In this document: one piece after another, positions 7,893-18,551 of the stretch
Layout: each line of letters starts with the position of its first letter
Position numbering within the stretch: the first letter of the stretch is position 1
NCBI RefSeq assembly: GCF_000406145.1
Contig: NZ_CM001976.1
Span: 2,173,543 to 2,205,542, forward strand
DNA: 32,000 nucleotides
Source of the DNA: Dickeya dadantii NCPPB 898
GTDB lineage: Bacteria; Pseudomonadota; Gammaproteobacteria; Enterobacterales; Enterobacteriaceae
Direction of reading: 5' to 3'
Notes under the pieces: model-generated
What the model saw: the letters and a program-made list of their open reading frames with translations, nothing else
Database searches by the model: none
Told to the model about the DNA's origin: nothing
Translations under genes and position numbers: made by a program

Positions 7893-10193
7893 ATGACAGC
7901 CGAAAATTCGGCGATAAATGGTAAGGGACAGACCATCAGAATTTCATTGAACCAACTGGCGGCGACGTTGATAGCGGGCCCGTTGTTGTTGCTGATATTG
8001 CCGGATTTGCCGGATAGGCGTTCGCTGGCGTGGGGGCTACCTGCGCTGTGGTTGCTGAAGACGCGTTTTTATCCGGTCGGCCTGGTGGCGCTGGGGGTGC
8101 TCTGGAGCCTCTACAGCGGCCGGGTGATACTGAATCAGGTGGAACAGTTTACCCAGCGACCGGTGACGGCAAGGGTCAGCGTCAGTAGCGTCCGGTTCGC
8201 GCAGGCGGATGCCGGACAGGTCGTGGTGCGCTTGTGGGAGATCAACGGGCGCTGGGTGTTTCCGCCGCTCTATGCACGGCTGGATGCGCAACCGCAGATG
8301 GCGGACTGGTGCGGGGGGCAGCAGTGGGACGTCCGGCTACGGCTGCGTCCGGTGCACAGCCGGTTGAACGAAGGCGGTTTTGACCGTCAGCGTTGGGCGC
8401 TGGCTAAGACGCAGCCATTGACCGGGCGGATACTCTCCGCCGCTGTACTGGCGCCAGAGTGCGGTTTGCGCCAGCGTCTGGTTGAAAAGGCGGAACGGCA
8501 AACGCAGTCATTGCCGTGGCGCTCGATCATACTGGCGCTGGCGGTCGGTGAAATGACGGTGGTGGAAGATGAAATTCTCGACGTGCTTCGGCAGACCGGA
8601 ATCATGCACCTGATGGCGATATCCGGGCTGCATATCGTGCTGGCGGCACTATCTGGCTGGGGCGTGGTTCGTGCGGCGCAATATCTGTTGCCGGTTCATT
8701 GGATCGAACATCGTGCGCCGTTGTGGTGTGGACTCTGCTGCGCCTGGGGATACGTCTGGCTGGCTGGGGGAAATCCGCCGGCGGTAAGAGCTGCGCTGGC
8801 GTTATCATGTTGGACGTTGCTCAGATTGCGTGGCATCTCGGTTTCATCGTGGCAGGTGTGGCTGTGGTGCGTGGCGTTGATTCTGGTCAGTGACCCGCTG
8901 AGCGTGCTATCGGACAGCTTCTGGCTCTCCGCGCTGGCGGTCGCCTCCCTGATCTTTTGGTATCAATGGGCGCCGCTACCGCCGCACCTACAGCGGCCTA
9001 AACGCTGGGCATGGCTGCGCGGACTGCATTTGCAGGCGGGAATCACCCTGTTGCTGATGCCGTTGCAAGTGTTGCTGTTTCACGGCGTCAGCCTGAGCTC
9101 GTTGCCGGCCAATCTGTGGGCGGTGCCGCTGGTATCGTTCATCACAACGCCATTGATTCTGCTGGCGTTGCCGTTGATGACTATCCCGCTGGCGGCGCAC
9201 GGTCTGTGGTGGCTGGCCGATCGATCGCTGGCGCTGGTTTTCCTGCCGTTGCAGGCCATGCCGCCGGGCTGGTTATCACTGGGCGAAAATACGGTGCCTT
9301 ACAGTGTGGCGGGATGGCTGGCGGTGATCGTCTGGCGTTTTGCCTGGTGGCGAACGTATCCGTTCAGCGTGCTGGCGCTGGTACTGGTGATGCTGCTGCG
9401 CCCCAAATCCCCCGCGCCGTCGTGGCGGGTTGACATGCTGGATGTCGGCCACGGGCTGGCTGTGGTGATTGAACGACAGGGCAAAGCCTGGTTGTATGAT
9501 ACCGGGCCCGGTTGGGACGGCGGCAACATGGCCGATCGTGAAATCCTGCCTTATCTTAAATGGCGGGGATTACAACTGGAAGGCATCACCCTCAGTCACA
9601 GCCATCTGGATCACCGCGGCGGGCTGTCGGCATTACAGCGCGCGTTTCCGTCTGTGCCGGTATACAGTCCGTTGCTTGAGTCAGGGCATCGGCGTTGTAT
9701 ACAAGGCGAACGGTGGCGCTGGCAAGGGTTGACGTTTAGCGTTATCTGGCCGCCGTTGCCGGTGCGAGAGGCCGGCAATCATGATTCCTGCGTGGTGCGG
9801 GTGGACGATGGCCGCTATCGGGTACTGCTGACGGGCGATCTGGAACATGAAGATGAAGCCATGCTATTGCGTACCCAACGCGAAATGCTGGCGGCGGATA
9901 TTTTGCAGGTGCCGCATCATGGCAGCACCACCTCATCATCACCGCCATTTTTACGGGCGGTGGGGGCGCAGCAGGCGTTGTCGTCCAACTCCCGATACAA
10001 TCCGTGGCGTTTGCCGGCTGTCAGCGTGGTGCGTCGTTACCGTCAAAGGGGAGATGGCTGGCATGATACCGCCAGCGACGGACAGCTGAGTGTGCGTTTT
10101 TTCGACGAAGGCACTGAAATGTTGCGCTACCGGGGTGAAATATCACCTCGCTGGTATCATCAGTGGTTTGGCGCTAGCCGGGATAATGAGTAA
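7893..10193 (+). CDS. comEC: DNA internalization-related competence protein ComEC/Rec2 (E. coli YcaI ortholog)
   Basis: Collinear with E. coli YcaI: [40 protein letters not shown], the metallo-beta-lactamase motif [17 protein letters not shown], and C-terminal PRWYHQWFG. The start is uncertain: ATG 7893, the track's start 7869, or an in-frame TTG at 7947. Confidence 0.88.
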   Translation: MTAENSAINGKGQTIRISLNQLAATLIAGPLLLLILPDLPDRRSLAWGLPALWLLKTRFYPVGLVALGVLWSLYSGRVILNQVEQFTQRPVTARVSVSSVRFAQADAGQVVVRLWEINGRWVFPPLYARLDAQPQMADWCGGQQWDVRLRLRPVHSRLNEGGFDRQRWALAKTQPLTGRILSAAVLAPECGLRQRLVEKAERQTQSLPWRSIILALAVGEMTVVEDEILDVLRQTGIMHLMAISGLHIVLAALSGWGVVRAAQYLLPVHWIEHRAPLWCGLCCAWGYVWLAGGNPPAVRAALALSCWTLLRLRGISVSSWQVWLWCVALILVSDPLSVLSDSFWLSALAVASLIFWYQWAPLPPHLQRPKRWAWLRGLHLQAGITLLLMPLQVLLFHGVSLSSLPANLWAVPLVSFITTPLILLALPLMTIPLAAHGLWWLADRSLALVFLPLQAMPPGWLSLGENTVPYSVAGWLAVIVWRFAWWRTYPFSVLALVLVMLLRPKSPAPSWRVDMLDVGHGLAVVIERQGKAWLYDTGPGWDGGNMADREILPYLKWRGLQLEGITLSHSHLDHRGGLSALQRAFPSVPVYSPLLESGHRRCIQGERWRWQGLTFSVIWPPLPVREAGNHDSCVVRVDDGRYRVLLTGDLEHEDEAMLLRTQREMLAADILQVPHHGSTTSSSPPFLRAVGAQQALSSNSRYNPWRLPAVSVVRRYRQRGDGWHDTASDGQLSVRFFDEGTEMLRYRGEISPRWYHQWFGASRDNE

Positions 10194-10231
10194 TAATAGA
10201 CGGCTATTTATCAAAGGCTCAGGTTTATTGC

Positions 10232-11980
10232 ATGATTAATGATCAAGATCTCTCCACATGGCAGACGTTTCGTCGCCTATGGCCGATGATCACCCCTTAC
10301 AAAGCCGGGCTGGCGGTCGCGGCGGTGGCGCTGGTGGTTAACGCTGCCGGCGATACGCTGATGCTGTCCCTGCTCAAGCCGCTGCTGGATGACGGATTCG
10401 GTAAGGCCGACCGCAGCGTGCTGGTGTGGATGCCGCTGGCTATCATCGGACTGATGATTATGCGCGGCATCTCCAGTTATATTTCCAGTTATTGTGTGGC
10501 CTGGGTATCAGGCAAAGTAGTGATGAACATGCGACGTCGACTGTTCAGCCACATTATGGGTATGCCGGTTTCCTTCTTCGATCAGCAGTCTACCGGTACC
10601 TTGCTGTCCCGCATTACTTATGATTCCGAGCAGGTGGCCGCCTCGTCGTCAAACGCGCTGGTAACCGTGGTGCGGGAAGGCGCGTCCATCATCGGTTTGT
10701 TTGTGCTGATGTTCTGGTACAGCTGGCAGTTGTCGCTGATTCTGGTGCTGATCGCGCCGATCGTCTCCTACAGTATGCGGGTGGTGTCCAAGCGTTTTCG
10801 CAGCATCAGCAAAAGCATGCAGAACACCATGGGGCAGGTGACGACCAGCGCCGAGCAGATGTTGAAAGGGCACAAAGAAGTGCTGATTTTCGGCGGACAG
10901 ACGGTGGAAGTGGAGCGTTTTGACTCAGTCAGCAATCGCATGCGCCAACAGGGCATGAAGATGGTATCGGCGTCCTCCATTTCCGACCCGGTAGTCCAAC
11001 TGATTGCTTCGCTGGCGCTGGCGTTCGTGTTGTACGCCGCCAGCTTTCCGTCCGTGATGGAAACCCTGACCGCCGGTACCATCACGGTGGTGTTCTCCTC
11101 CATGTTTACCCTGATGCGACCGCTGAAGTCGCTCACCAACGTCAATGCCCAGTTCCAGCGTGGTATGGCGGCTTGCCAAACCCTGTTTACCATTCTGGAC
11201 ATGGAACAGGAAAAAGATACCGGCACACGCGTACTAGAACATGCTAAGGGCGATATCGCGTTCCGTGATGTCAACTTCGCTTATCCGGGCAAAGAAACGC
11301 TGGCGCTGAAAAATATCAGCCTGCATATCCCACCAGGGAAAACCGTAGCGCTGGTGGGGCGTTCCGGTTCAGGCAAATCCACTATCGCCAACCTTATCAC
11401 CCGGTTTTACGATATCCAGTCCGGCGAGATTTTGCTGGATGGGCATGACCTGCGCGATTACACCTTGCCGTCATTGCGTAGCCAGGTTGCGCTGGTGTCT
11501 CAGAATGTCCACCTGTTCAACGATACGATCGCCAACAATATCGCTTATGCCTGTGGCGATCGCTACAGCCGCGAGGATATTGAGCGTGCCGCTAAAATGG
11601 CGCATGCGATGGACTTCATTGGCCGGCTGGAACATGGCCTGGATACGGTGATTGGCGAGAACGGCGTGCTGCTGTCCGGCGGCCAGCGTCAGCGTATCGC
11701 GATTGCCCGCGCCCTGTTGCGCGACTGTCCGATTCTGGTGCTGGATGAAGCCACGTCGGCGCTGGATACCGAGTCGGAGCGCGCTATTCAGGCCGCGCTG
11801 GATGAATTGCAGAAAAACCGCACCGCATTGGTGATCGCCCACCGGTTGTCCACCATTGAGAAGGCAGACGAAATTCTGGTGGTGGAAGACGGGCAGATCA
11901 TCGAACGCGGTCAGCATAGCGAGTTGCTGGCCCGAAACGGGGCGTATGCCCAACTACACAAACTGCAGTTTGGCGCATGA
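10232..11980 (+). CDS. msbA: Lipid A export ATP-binding/permease protein (lipid flippase)
   Basis: 582 aa and very similar end to end to E. coli MsbA ([13 protein letters not shown]..., Walker [10 protein letters not shown], signature LSGGQRQR, Walker [13 protein letters not shown]). Confidence 0.97.
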   Translation: MINDQDLSTWQTFRRLWPMITPYKAGLAVAAVALVVNAAGDTLMLSLLKPLLDDGFGKADRSVLVWMPLAIIGLMIMRGISSYISSYCVAWVSGKVVMNMRRRLFSHIMGMPVSFFDQQSTGTLLSRITYDSEQVAASSSNALVTVVREGASIIGLFVLMFWYSWQLSLILVLIAPIVSYSMRVVSKRFRSISKSMQNTMGQVTTSAEQMLKGHKEVLIFGGQTVEVERFDSVSNRMRQQGMKMVSASSISDPVVQLIASLALAFVLYAASFPSVMETLTAGTITVVFSSMFTLMRPLKSLTNVNAQFQRGMAACQTLFTILDMEQEKDTGTRVLEHAKGDIAFRDVNFAYPGKETLALKNISLHIPPGKTVALVGRSGSGKSTIANLITRFYDIQSGEILLDGHDLRDYTLPSLRSQVALVSQNVHLFNDTIANNIAYACGDRYSREDIERAAKMAHAMDFIGRLEHGLDTVIGENGVLLSGGQRQRIAIARALLRDCPILVLDEATSALDTESERAIQAALDELQKNRTALVIAHRLSTIEKADEILVVEDGQIIERGQHSELLARNGAYAQLHKLQFGA

Positions 11981-12990
11981 TTGAACGCATCTGGTCGGGG
12001 CGTTCCCCACTGTACCGGCTGCTGTTGCCGCTGTCGTTACTCTATGGCTTGATTAGCCATCTTATCCGGCTGAGTTACCGTTACGGCTGGCGCAACGTGT
12101 GGCGAGCGCCAGTGCCGGTGGTGGTGGTGGGAAACCTGACTGCCGGCGGCAATGGTAAAACGCCGGTGGTGATCTGGCTGGTGGAGCAGTTGCAACAGCA
12201 GGGTTATCGCGTCGGCGTGGTTTCGCGTGGTTACGGTGGTAAGACGGATAGTTATCCGCTGCGGGTCACCGATGAAGTCACTACCGCTCAGGCCGGCGAT
12301 GAACCGGTGCTGATTTACCAGCGCACCGGCGCGCCGGTCGCCGTAGCGCCCAAACGGCGTGACGCGGTGGAAGCGTTGCTGGCGCATCAGCCACTGGACG
12401 TTATCGTGACCGATGACGGCCTGCAACATTACGCGCTGGCGCGGGATATGGAACTGGTGGTGGTGGATGGCGTGCGCCGCTTTGGCAATGGCTGGTGGTT
12501 ACCGGCCGGGCCGATGCGGGAACGAGCCTCGCGCCTGCGTTCGGTTGACGCTGTCATTGTTAATGGCGGCGAGGCGAAAAGCGGTGAAATCGCCATGCAA
12601 CTCACGGCAGGCGACGCGGTTAATCTGCTGACCGGGGAACGCCGCACGGTATCGGCATTGCCTCCGCTGGTCGCTATGGCGGGGATCGGTCATCCGCCGC
12701 GCTTCTTTGCTACGCTGAAAGCACAGAGATGTACGCTGGTGCGTGAAGTGGCGTTTGCCGACCATCAGCACTGGCAAGCGGAAGAATTGCAGGCGCTGAC
12801 CGCCAATGATCAGCAGCCCTTGATCATGACGGAAAAGGATGCGGTGAAATGCCGCGCCTTTGCTCGCGCCAACTGGTGGTACCTGCCGGTTGACGCCGAA
12901 TTGTCAGCGCCGGAATCGGCGTTACTGCTACAGCGTCTGACGCGCCTGATTGATGCGCGTAGCGTATCGCGCCAGACGAAAACCGGGTGA
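11977..12990 (+). CDS. lpxK: Tetraacyldisaccharide 4'-kinase
   Basis: ATGA overlap with the msbA stop. It has the P-loop [13 protein letters not shown] plus SRGYGG and DDGLQH motifs, in the conserved msbA-lpxK order. Confidence 0.93.
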   Translation: MIERIWSGRSPLYRLLLPLSLLYGLISHLIRLSYRYGWRNVWRAPVPVVVVGNLTAGGNGKTPVVIWLVEQLQQQGYRVGVVSRGYGGKTDSYPLRVTDEVTTAQAGDEPVLIYQRTGAPVAVAPKRRDAVEALLAHQPLDVIVTDDGLQHYALARDMELVVVDGVRRFGNGWWLPAGPMRERASRLRSVDAVIVNGGEAKSGEIAMQLTAGDAVNLLTGERRTVSALPPLVAMAGIGHPPRFFATLKAQRCTLVREVAFADHQHWQAEELQALTANDQQPLIMTEKDAVKCRAFARANWWYLPVDAELSAPESALLLQRLTRLIDARSVSRQTKTG

Positions 12991-13028
12991 CCGGCTATTT
13001 TTGATAACCGCTTCTTGATGGAGGAAGC

Positions 13029-13211
13029 ATGGATCATCGTTTGCTTGAAATCGTGGCTTGTCCAGTGTGTAACGGACGGCTGATTTTTGATAAAGAAAAG
13101 CAGGAACTGATTTGCAAAATCGAAGGGCTGGCTTACCCGGTGCGGGACGGCATTCCTGTTTTGCTGGAAAATGAAGCCCGCACGCTGGCGCCGGATGAGA
13201 TCGCACAATGA
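13029..13211 (+). CDS. ycaR: Trm112-family zinc-ribbon protein YcaR
   Basis: The 60-aa product [18 protein letters not shown]...[12 protein letters not shown] matches E. coli YcaR almost residue for residue. Confidence 0.92.
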   Translation: MDHRLLEIVACPVCNGRLIFDKEKQELICKIEGLAYPVRDGIPVLLENEARTLAPDEIAQ

Positions 13212-13960
13212 CGTTTACTGCAATTATTCCCGCCCGCTATGCATCCACCCGGTTACCGGGCAAGCCGCTGGCGGATATTCATGGCAAACCGATGGTGGTG
13301 CACGTGATGGAGCGCGCCCGCGAGTCTGGCGCCAGCCGTGTAGTCGTGGCGACCGATCACGCTGATGTCGCCCGCGCCATTGAACTGGCGGGCGGTGAAG
13401 TTTGCCTGACCAGCCCGGATCACAATTCCGGCACCGAGCGACTGGCTGAAGTGATCGACCGTTACGGTTTTGCCGATGATGAAATCATCGTCAACGTGCA
13501 GGGTGATGAGCCGCTGATTCCGCCGGTGATCATCCGTCAGGTGGCGGACAATCTGGCTGGTAGCCGCGCGGGTATGGCGACGCTAGCGGTGCCGATTACC
13601 ACGTGTGAAGAAGCGTTCAACCCAAACGCGGTAAAAGTGGTGACGGATGCCGAAGGGTATGCGCTTTACTTTTCTCGCGCCACCATTCCGTGGGAGCGGG
13701 ACCGGTTTGCCGAATCCCGTGATGCCATTGGCGACCATTTCCTGCGACATATCGGTATTTATGCCTACCGTGCCGGGTTTATCCGTCGGTATGTCGGCTG
13801 GGCGCCCAGCCAACTGGAGAAAATCGAAATGCTGGAGCAACTGCGTGTGCTTTGGTATGGCGAGAAAATCCATGTGGCGGTTGCTAAAGAAGTGCCGAGT
13901 GTGGGGGTGGACACGCCCGAAGATCTGGCACGCGTCAGAGCGGTGATGGCGGCAAACTGA
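13208..13960 (+). CDS. kdsB: 3-deoxy-manno-octulosonate cytidylyltransferase (CMP-KDO synthetase)
   Basis: ATGA overlap with ycaR. Motifs [27 protein letters not shown] and [11 protein letters not shown] are typical of KdsB. Confidence 0.95.
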   Translation: MTFTAIIPARYASTRLPGKPLADIHGKPMVVHVMERARESGASRVVVATDHADVARAIELAGGEVCLTSPDHNSGTERLAEVIDRYGFADDEIIVNVQGDEPLIPPVIIRQVADNLAGSRAGMATLAVPITTCEEAFNPNAVKVVTDAEGYALYFSRATIPWERDRFAESRDAIGDHFLRHIGIYAYRAGFIRRYVGWAPSQLEKIEMLEQLRVLWYGEKIHVAVAKEVPSVGVDTPEDLARVRAVMAAN

Positions 13961-13986
13961 CACCCGCCTTTATTCTCATTTCCGAT

Positions 13987-14021
13987 AAGCGTATGCGCTG
14001 CGAGCACATACGCTTTTTTTT
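13987..14021 (+). terminator. Rho-independent terminator of the ycaR-kdsB unit
   Basis: Stem AAGCGTATG (13987-13995) pairs with CATACGCTT (14007-14015), followed by a T-run through 14021. Confidence 0.85.
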
Positions 14022-14259
14022 ATCCCACGTGTTGTCGGCTATTACTGTAGCCAGAAAGCCCGGTCAGAAATTCCGCTAATCAATTGACGCTATTGTTATG
14101 CCACGAATGGTATAGCTTAATTAATAAATTAATAAGCAGGAATAATAAAAATCCTTGCCGCAGGTGCGCAATTATTAATCATGGCTTATTATTGGTCGGC
14201 ATTTATCCGATGGCGGTAAATGCTTTGGGTTTTGTTTTACTTAAGGATGGAGTGACACA

Positions 14260-15579
14260 ATGAAAGTGAATAAAAAGTTTTTACCCGCAATAATTGGATT
14301 TGTACTCGCTGGGACGGCGGCACAGAGTTTGGCCGCTGAGTATTATCTGGCGCCGAACGGCAGCGATTCTGCCAACGGCAGCAAGAGCGCCCCCTGGAAA
14401 TCTTTTGCTCGCGCACAGCAGACGCTCTCTCCCGGCGACCGCCTGTGGGTCCGCGGCGGAACCTACAACTTCACCGCCGGGCTTAACAGCTGCGCCAGCC
14501 AGACGGATATCGTGAACGCTATTACCCTGAATAAGAGTGGGACTTCGGGTAACCGCATCGAATACGTTGCTTATACCGGCGAAACACCCGTGTTTGATTT
14601 TAGCCAGATGAAAGATGATTGCCGCGTTAAAGGATTTAACGTAGTAGCAAGCTGGGTTACCCTCAGAGGGCTGGAAATCAAAGGGGTGCCGCAAAATAAC
14701 AACAAGAACCACGAATCCTGGGGCGTGTGGATTAACGGCAGCAACAACCGTTTCGAACAACTCAACATCCACCACATCATGGGGACCGGGTTGTTTTTAA
14801 AGAACGGGGCCAACAACACCGTACTTAACACCGATTCTCATCATAATTATGACCCTCTGACTTCCAATGGCGCAGGCCAGAGTGGCGACGGTTTTGGCGC
14901 GCACATTGCCGCCAATATGCCGGGCAACGTTTTTAGCGGTTGCCGCGCCTGGGCCAACTCGGATGACGGCTTTGACCTGATCAACGCCTACTCTTCGGTG
15001 ACGATTGAGAACTCCTGGGCCTGGTCGCACGGTTACCTGCCGGGCACCACCACGTCGCTGCCCGCCGGTAACGGCAACGGTTTCAAAGCCGGGGGCTACG
15101 GTGCTCAGTACGTGAGTAATGCGCCGAAGCACGTCGTGCGGAACTCGGTGGCGTTCCTGAACAAAGCCGCGGGTTTCTATGCCAACCATCATCCGGTGGC
15201 GAATGATTTCTTCAACAACACTTCGTTCAAAAACACCGTCAATTACAGCATGCGGGGCATTGATGCGAGCGGTAACGCAATCGCATTGGGCACGCTGCGC
15301 AACAACATTTCCTATGCCGCTCGCTCGCAATCGCTGGCCTACACCGATGGCGCCAACATGCGCTACAACTCCTGGAACTTCAGCAACGCGATTTCCGATA
15401 CTGAATTCCAGAGTGTGTCCACCACGGGCTGGGATGCGGCGCGCCAGGCTGATGGTAGTCTGCCGGTGCTGAAGCACCTGCGTCTGGCGTCAGACAGCTG
15501 GATGGTCGACAAGGGCGGCGACGTTAAGATTGCCTATAAAGGCGCTGCGCCGGATCTGGGTGCGTTTGAACTGAAATAA
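14260..15579 (+). CDS. Secreted right-handed beta-helix protein, polysaccharide lyase family 9 pectate-lyase-like (PelL/PelX/PelN family)
   Basis: Sec signal peptide MKVNKKFLPAIIGFVLAGTAAQSLA|AE. The motifs YYLAPNGSD..NGS, GDGFG, AWANSDDGFDL, IENSWAW, GNGNGFKAGG and C-terminal APDLGAFE parallel Dickeya PelL (Pel9A) as I recall it, including the Ca-binding SDDGFD aspartates and the GFK lysine. It may correspond to PelN, but I cannot confirm that. Confidence 0.8.
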   Translation: MKVNKKFLPAIIGFVLAGTAAQSLAAEYYLAPNGSDSANGSKSAPWKSFARAQQTLSPGDRLWVRGGTYNFTAGLNSCASQTDIVNAITLNKSGTSGNRIEYVAYTGETPVFDFSQMKDDCRVKGFNVVASWVTLRGLEIKGVPQNNNKNHESWGVWINGSNNRFEQLNIHHIMGTGLFLKNGANNTVLNTDSHHNYDPLTSNGAGQSGDGFGAHIAANMPGNVFSGCRAWANSDDGFDLINAYSSVTIENSWAWSHGYLPGTTTSLPAGNGNGFKAGGYGAQYVSNAPKHVVRNSVAFLNKAAGFYANHHPVANDFFNNTSFKNTVNYSMRGIDASGNAIALGTLRNNISYAARSQSLAYTDGANMRYNSWNFSNAISDTEFQSVSTTGWDAARQADGSLPVLKHLRLASDSWMVDKGGDVKIAYKGAAPDLGAFELK

Positions 15580-15638
15580 GCGGCGAAACCGCTGCTATCC
15601 GCGGCACTTACCGAAGGGGCTGCCGGATGACGTAACGT

Positions 15639-15664
15639 ATGCCCGCTTTAGCGGGCATTTTTTT
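15639..15664 (+). terminator. Rho-independent terminator of the PL9 gene
   Basis: Stem ATGCCCGC (15639-15646) pairs with GCGGGCAT (15651-15658) around a TTTA loop, followed by a T-run. Confidence 0.88.
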
Positions 15665-15842
15665 GCCGATAACGACGGTAATAGCGGCCGGGACGCGCTG
15701 TCTATACGTAATAATCACATTTCGTTAACCGGCATGCGTCGCTACATATCCCGTTTTCTTTGATCTGTCTTTGGGAAATTGTTGTGTACTGCTCGCATGA
15801 TAAGTGGCAAAGCGTGCCTGCAATAGCGAGATCTTGTCGCCT

Positions 15843-16739
15843 ATGGAACTGTTAAAAGCCGAGTTGAGTACCGTGCTGGGCGAGTCGCTCAGTCGTCTTG
15901 AACGCATCAGTGAACAACCCTATGCGCATTTGTATGCCTTGTATGATCGCGCGGGCAACGCTATGCCGCTGCTGGCGAAAAGCTATATCTGCCAGGGGAT
16001 CGCCGGGCAAGAGGCCTACAAGCTGACCATGCTGGCCCGGGAAGGCGAAGTCAGGCTGCCGACGGTCTACGGGATGGTGATGACCCATCAGACGCCTTAT
16101 AAGGAACTGCTGCTTATCGAGCGCTTGCGCGGCGTGTCGGTAGAAGCGCCGACCCGTTCGCCTCAGCGTTGGACGCTGCTGATGGATCAGATTGTCGAAA
16201 GTATGCTGACCTGGCATCGGATCGATAGCCACGGTTGCGTCGGCACGGTGGACAGCACACAGGAAAACAGTTGGCCGAACTGGTATCGCCAGCGGCTGGA
16301 AGTACTGTGGGCTACGCTGATGAACGTCAACGCCGCGCAGTTGACGCAGCAGGATCGCGCCGTGCTGTACCGTTCCCGGCAGAGCCTGCCCGCGCTGTTT
16401 GCGGATTTCGATGACAATAGTGTATTGGTACACGGCAACCTGACTTTGCGCAGCATGCTGAAAGATCCGCGCAGTGATCAACTGTTGGCGATGATCAATC
16501 CCGGTATGATGCTGTGGGCGCCGCGTGAGTACGACCTGTTCCGATTGTGTGAAGAGCCTGGCATGCCGGAACAGCTGTTTTACCACTACCAGAAGCAGGC
16601 ACCGCTGGCAGAATCCTTCGTCTGCCGCCGCTGGCTGTACATTTTATGGGCCGCGGTTTCCCGCTACATCCACACCGGGCAGTTGGATCGCCCTTTATTC
16701 GACACCGCGACCCGCGAACTGCTGCCCTGGCTGGAATAG
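15843..16739 (+). CDS. ycbJ: Phosphotransferase/kinase-like family protein YcbJ
   Basis: Collinear with E. coli YcbJ from MELLKAELS (E. coli MEQLRAELS) through LLIERLRGVSVEAP, TQENSWPNWYRQ, SMLKDPRSDQLLAMINPGMMLWAPREYDLFRL and LLPWL. The ATG at 15843 is preferred over the track's GTG at 15804. Confidence 0.9.
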   Translation: MELLKAELSTVLGESLSRLERISEQPYAHLYALYDRAGNAMPLLAKSYICQGIAGQEAYKLTMLAREGEVRLPTVYGMVMTHQTPYKELLLIERLRGVSVEAPTRSPQRWTLLMDQIVESMLTWHRIDSHGCVGTVDSTQENSWPNWYRQRLEVLWATLMNVNAAQLTQQDRAVLYRSRQSLPALFADFDDNSVLVHGNLTLRSMLKDPRSDQLLAMINPGMMLWAPREYDLFRLCEEPGMPEQLFYHYQKQAPLAESFVCRRWLYILWAAVSRYIHTGQLDRPLFDTATRELLPWLE

Positions 16740-16779
16740 CCGATGACGCGGGCGATCCTCGCCCGCCCGCGTGCAGGCA

Positions 16780-17559
16780 TCAGGATTCCGGCGGCGGCGT
16801 GATGCCTTTCATTTGTTGCCAGATCAGACCCAATCCTTCATACCAGGCCCGCTCGCTGTGCGACAGATAGAGTGCGGACGGAAATACCCGCTCCCACGGA
16901 TTAAGCGGCGACGTGATGGCCAACTGGTTGGCCGGCGCTGGGATCGGGTGCAGCCCGCGAGCCTGGAAAAATCGGATGGCGCGCGGCAGATGGTTGGCTG
17001 ACGTCACTAGCAGGAACGGCTGTTTGCCGACCAGCGCTTCGGTTCCGGCCGCTTCTTCTTCGGTATCTCGCGCCTGATCCACTAACAGGATATCCTGCGC
17101 CGGGACGCCCAGACTTTCGGCGACGCGGGCCGCGGTGCTGGCGTTGGTAACGGGATTGCCCTGCGCGGCTGCGCCGGTGAAGATCAGCCTGGCGCCGGGA
17201 TTGGCGCGCCATAGCCTGATGCCTTCGGTGACGCGCGCCAGGTTGTTGTTGATCAGGTTGGCGCTGGGGGGCCAGTCCGGGTTGAAGGTGTAACCACCGC
17301 CCAGCACTACAATGTAATTCACTTTGGGGAAATCCGGCGTCCAGGCGGGGTAACGGGATTCCAGCGGCAGCAACAGCCGATCGGCCACCGGTTGCAGGCT
17401 CAGCAACAGCAACGCCAGCCAGCCTCCGGTCAGCAGGATCCGGGCGGTTTTCTGCCAACGGGAAAACCACAGCAGGGCGAGGGCAAAGCCCATCATCAGC
17501 ATCAGCAACGGTAGCGGCAATAACAGGCTACCGATGTATTTTTTGACGGCAAACAGCAT
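16780..17559 (-). CDS. elyC: Envelope biogenesis factor ElyC (YcbC, DUF218)
   Basis: 259 aa. The stretches LLPLPL, LALLWFSR.QKT, GWLALLLLSLQPVADRLL, YIVVLGGGYT, FLLVTSANHLPRA and PAPANQLAI.SPLNPWER match E. coli ElyC. Confidence 0.92.
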   Translation of the reverse strand: MLFAVKKYIGSLLLPLPLLMLMMGFALALLWFSRWQKTARILLTGGWLALLLLSLQPVADRLLLPLESRYPAWTPDFPKVNYIVVLGGGYTFNPDWPPSANLINNNLARVTEGIRLWRANPGARLIFTGAAAQGNPVTNASTAARVAESLGVPAQDILLVDQARDTEEEAAGTEALVGKQPFLLVTSANHLPRAIRFFQARGLHPIPAPANQLAITSPLNPWERVFPSALYLSHSERAWYEGLGLIWQQMKGITPPPES

Positions 17560-17711
17560 AAAATAGCATCCACTTTGAGTGAAAAAACACCATACGGGTT
17601 AAATTAGGGTGTTCAGACCATTTATTCTAGGCCAGCCTGTGACAGAATGTCAGGTTCAGAGAAAAACCAGTTGTTTAGGTAGTGCAGTCACCCATCATGC
17701 GGAACCGTGGA

Positions 17712-18551
17712 ATGCAGGATCGTAATTTTAACGATATCGCTGACAAGTTTGCCCGAAACATTTATGGCACCACCAAAGGGCGGCTGCGTCAGGCGGTATT
17801 GTGGCAGGATCTGGAAATCCTGCTGACGCGCCTGCCGTCGCGACCGCTGCGCATTTTGGATGCGGGCGGCGGCGAAGGGCCGATGTCTCGCCGTCTGGCT
17901 GCGTTAGGGCATCAGGTGTTGTTGTGCGATCTGTCCGATGAGATGATTGCGCGCGCCCGAGAGGCGGCGCAGGAGCACGGAGTGGCTGATAATATGCGCT
18001 TCGTGCGGTGCGCCGCGCAGGATGTCGGCGCGCATTTGTCGCAGCCGGTGGATCTGGTGCTGTTTCACGCCGTGCTGGAGTGGGTGGCGGAGCCGCAGCA
18101 GGCGTTGCGGGCGCTGACCGACTGTCTGGCGCCGGGCGGCGCGCTGTCGCTGATGTTTTACAACCATCAGGCGCTGGTGATGCGTAATATGGTGCTGGGC
18201 AATTTCGGCTATGTAGACGCCGGCATGCCCAAGCGCAAACGCCGTTCGCTGTCGCCGGATCACCCGCTTGACCCGCCGCAGGTCTACCAGTGGCTCGATG
18301 AACTGGGGCTACAACTGAGCGGCAAGACCGGCATACGGGTGTTTCATGATTACCTGCAAAACAAGCAACAACAGATTGACGATTTTGACCTGCTGCTGGC
18401 GCTGGAACAGCGCTACTGTCGGCAGGAGCCCTTTGTTAGCCTGGGGCGCTACATTCATGTTATGGCACACAAGCATGTCATGGCACACAAGCATGCCATG
18501 GCGCACAAGCATGTCATGGCGCACAAGCCCCCTGTGAAGGATGCATTATGA
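17712..18551 (+). CDS. cmoM: tRNA 5-carboxymethoxyuridine methyltransferase (SmtA/CmoM) with a repeat-expanded C-terminal tail
   Basis: From the ATG at 17712, [34 protein letters not shown] matches E. coli CmoM ([34 protein letters not shown]). The SAM-binding motif is LDAGGGEG. The stop overlaps the mukF start (ATGA). Confidence 0.92.
   Translation: MQDRNFNDIADKFARNIYGTTKGRLRQAVLWQDLEILLTRLPSRPLRILDAGGGEGPMSRRLAALGHQVLLCDLSDEMIARAREAAQEHGVADNMRFVRCAAQDVGAHLSQPVDLVLFHAVLEWVAEPQQALRALTDCLAPGGALSLMFYNHQALVMRNMVLGNFGYVDAGMPKRKRRSLSPDHPLDPPQVYQWLDELGLQLSGKTGIRVFHDYLQNKQQQIDDFDLLLALEQRYCRQEPFVSLGRYIHVMAHKHVMAHKHAMAHKHVMAHKPPVKDAL
18456..18527 (+). repeat. In-frame 18-bp x 4 tandem repeat encoding (H-V/A-M-A-H-K)4 within the cmoM 3' end
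   Basis: The units CATGTTATGGCACACAAG, CATGTCATGGCACACAAG, CATGCCATGGCGCACAAG and CATGTCATGGCGCACAAG are contiguous at 18456-18473, 18474-18491, 18492-18509 and 18510-18527. Confidence 0.95.

Noticed and set aside
7675-7924. ORFs 7675-7875(-) and 7694-7924(+) upstream of comEC
   Set aside because: They are short, overlap each other and the comEC start region, and have no SD or similarity.
14040-14259. KdgR operator or Fur box upstream of the PL9 gene
   Set aside because: No sequence approaches the KdgR consensus. The Fur-like stretch (ATTATTAATCAT) matches only part of the 19-bp consensus and sits in generally AT-rich DNA, so it could be chance. I mention it only as something to test.
14281-17470. 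ORFs 14281-14775(-), 14797-15477(-), 15852-16586(-, 244 aa) and 16901-17470(-, 189 aa, in an alternative frame of elyC)
   Set aside because: They are antisense or off-frame to the PL9, ycbJ and elyC genes, all of which have clear ortholog-level matches. Their products are low-complexity.
3015-18527. Whether the tandem repeats (17 bp x2 at 3015, 16 bp x2 at 7626, 18 bp x4 at 18456) could be CRISPR arrays
   Set aside because: The units are directly adjacent with no spacers, are too short and too few, and one array lies in frame within a CDS. No cas genes are present.
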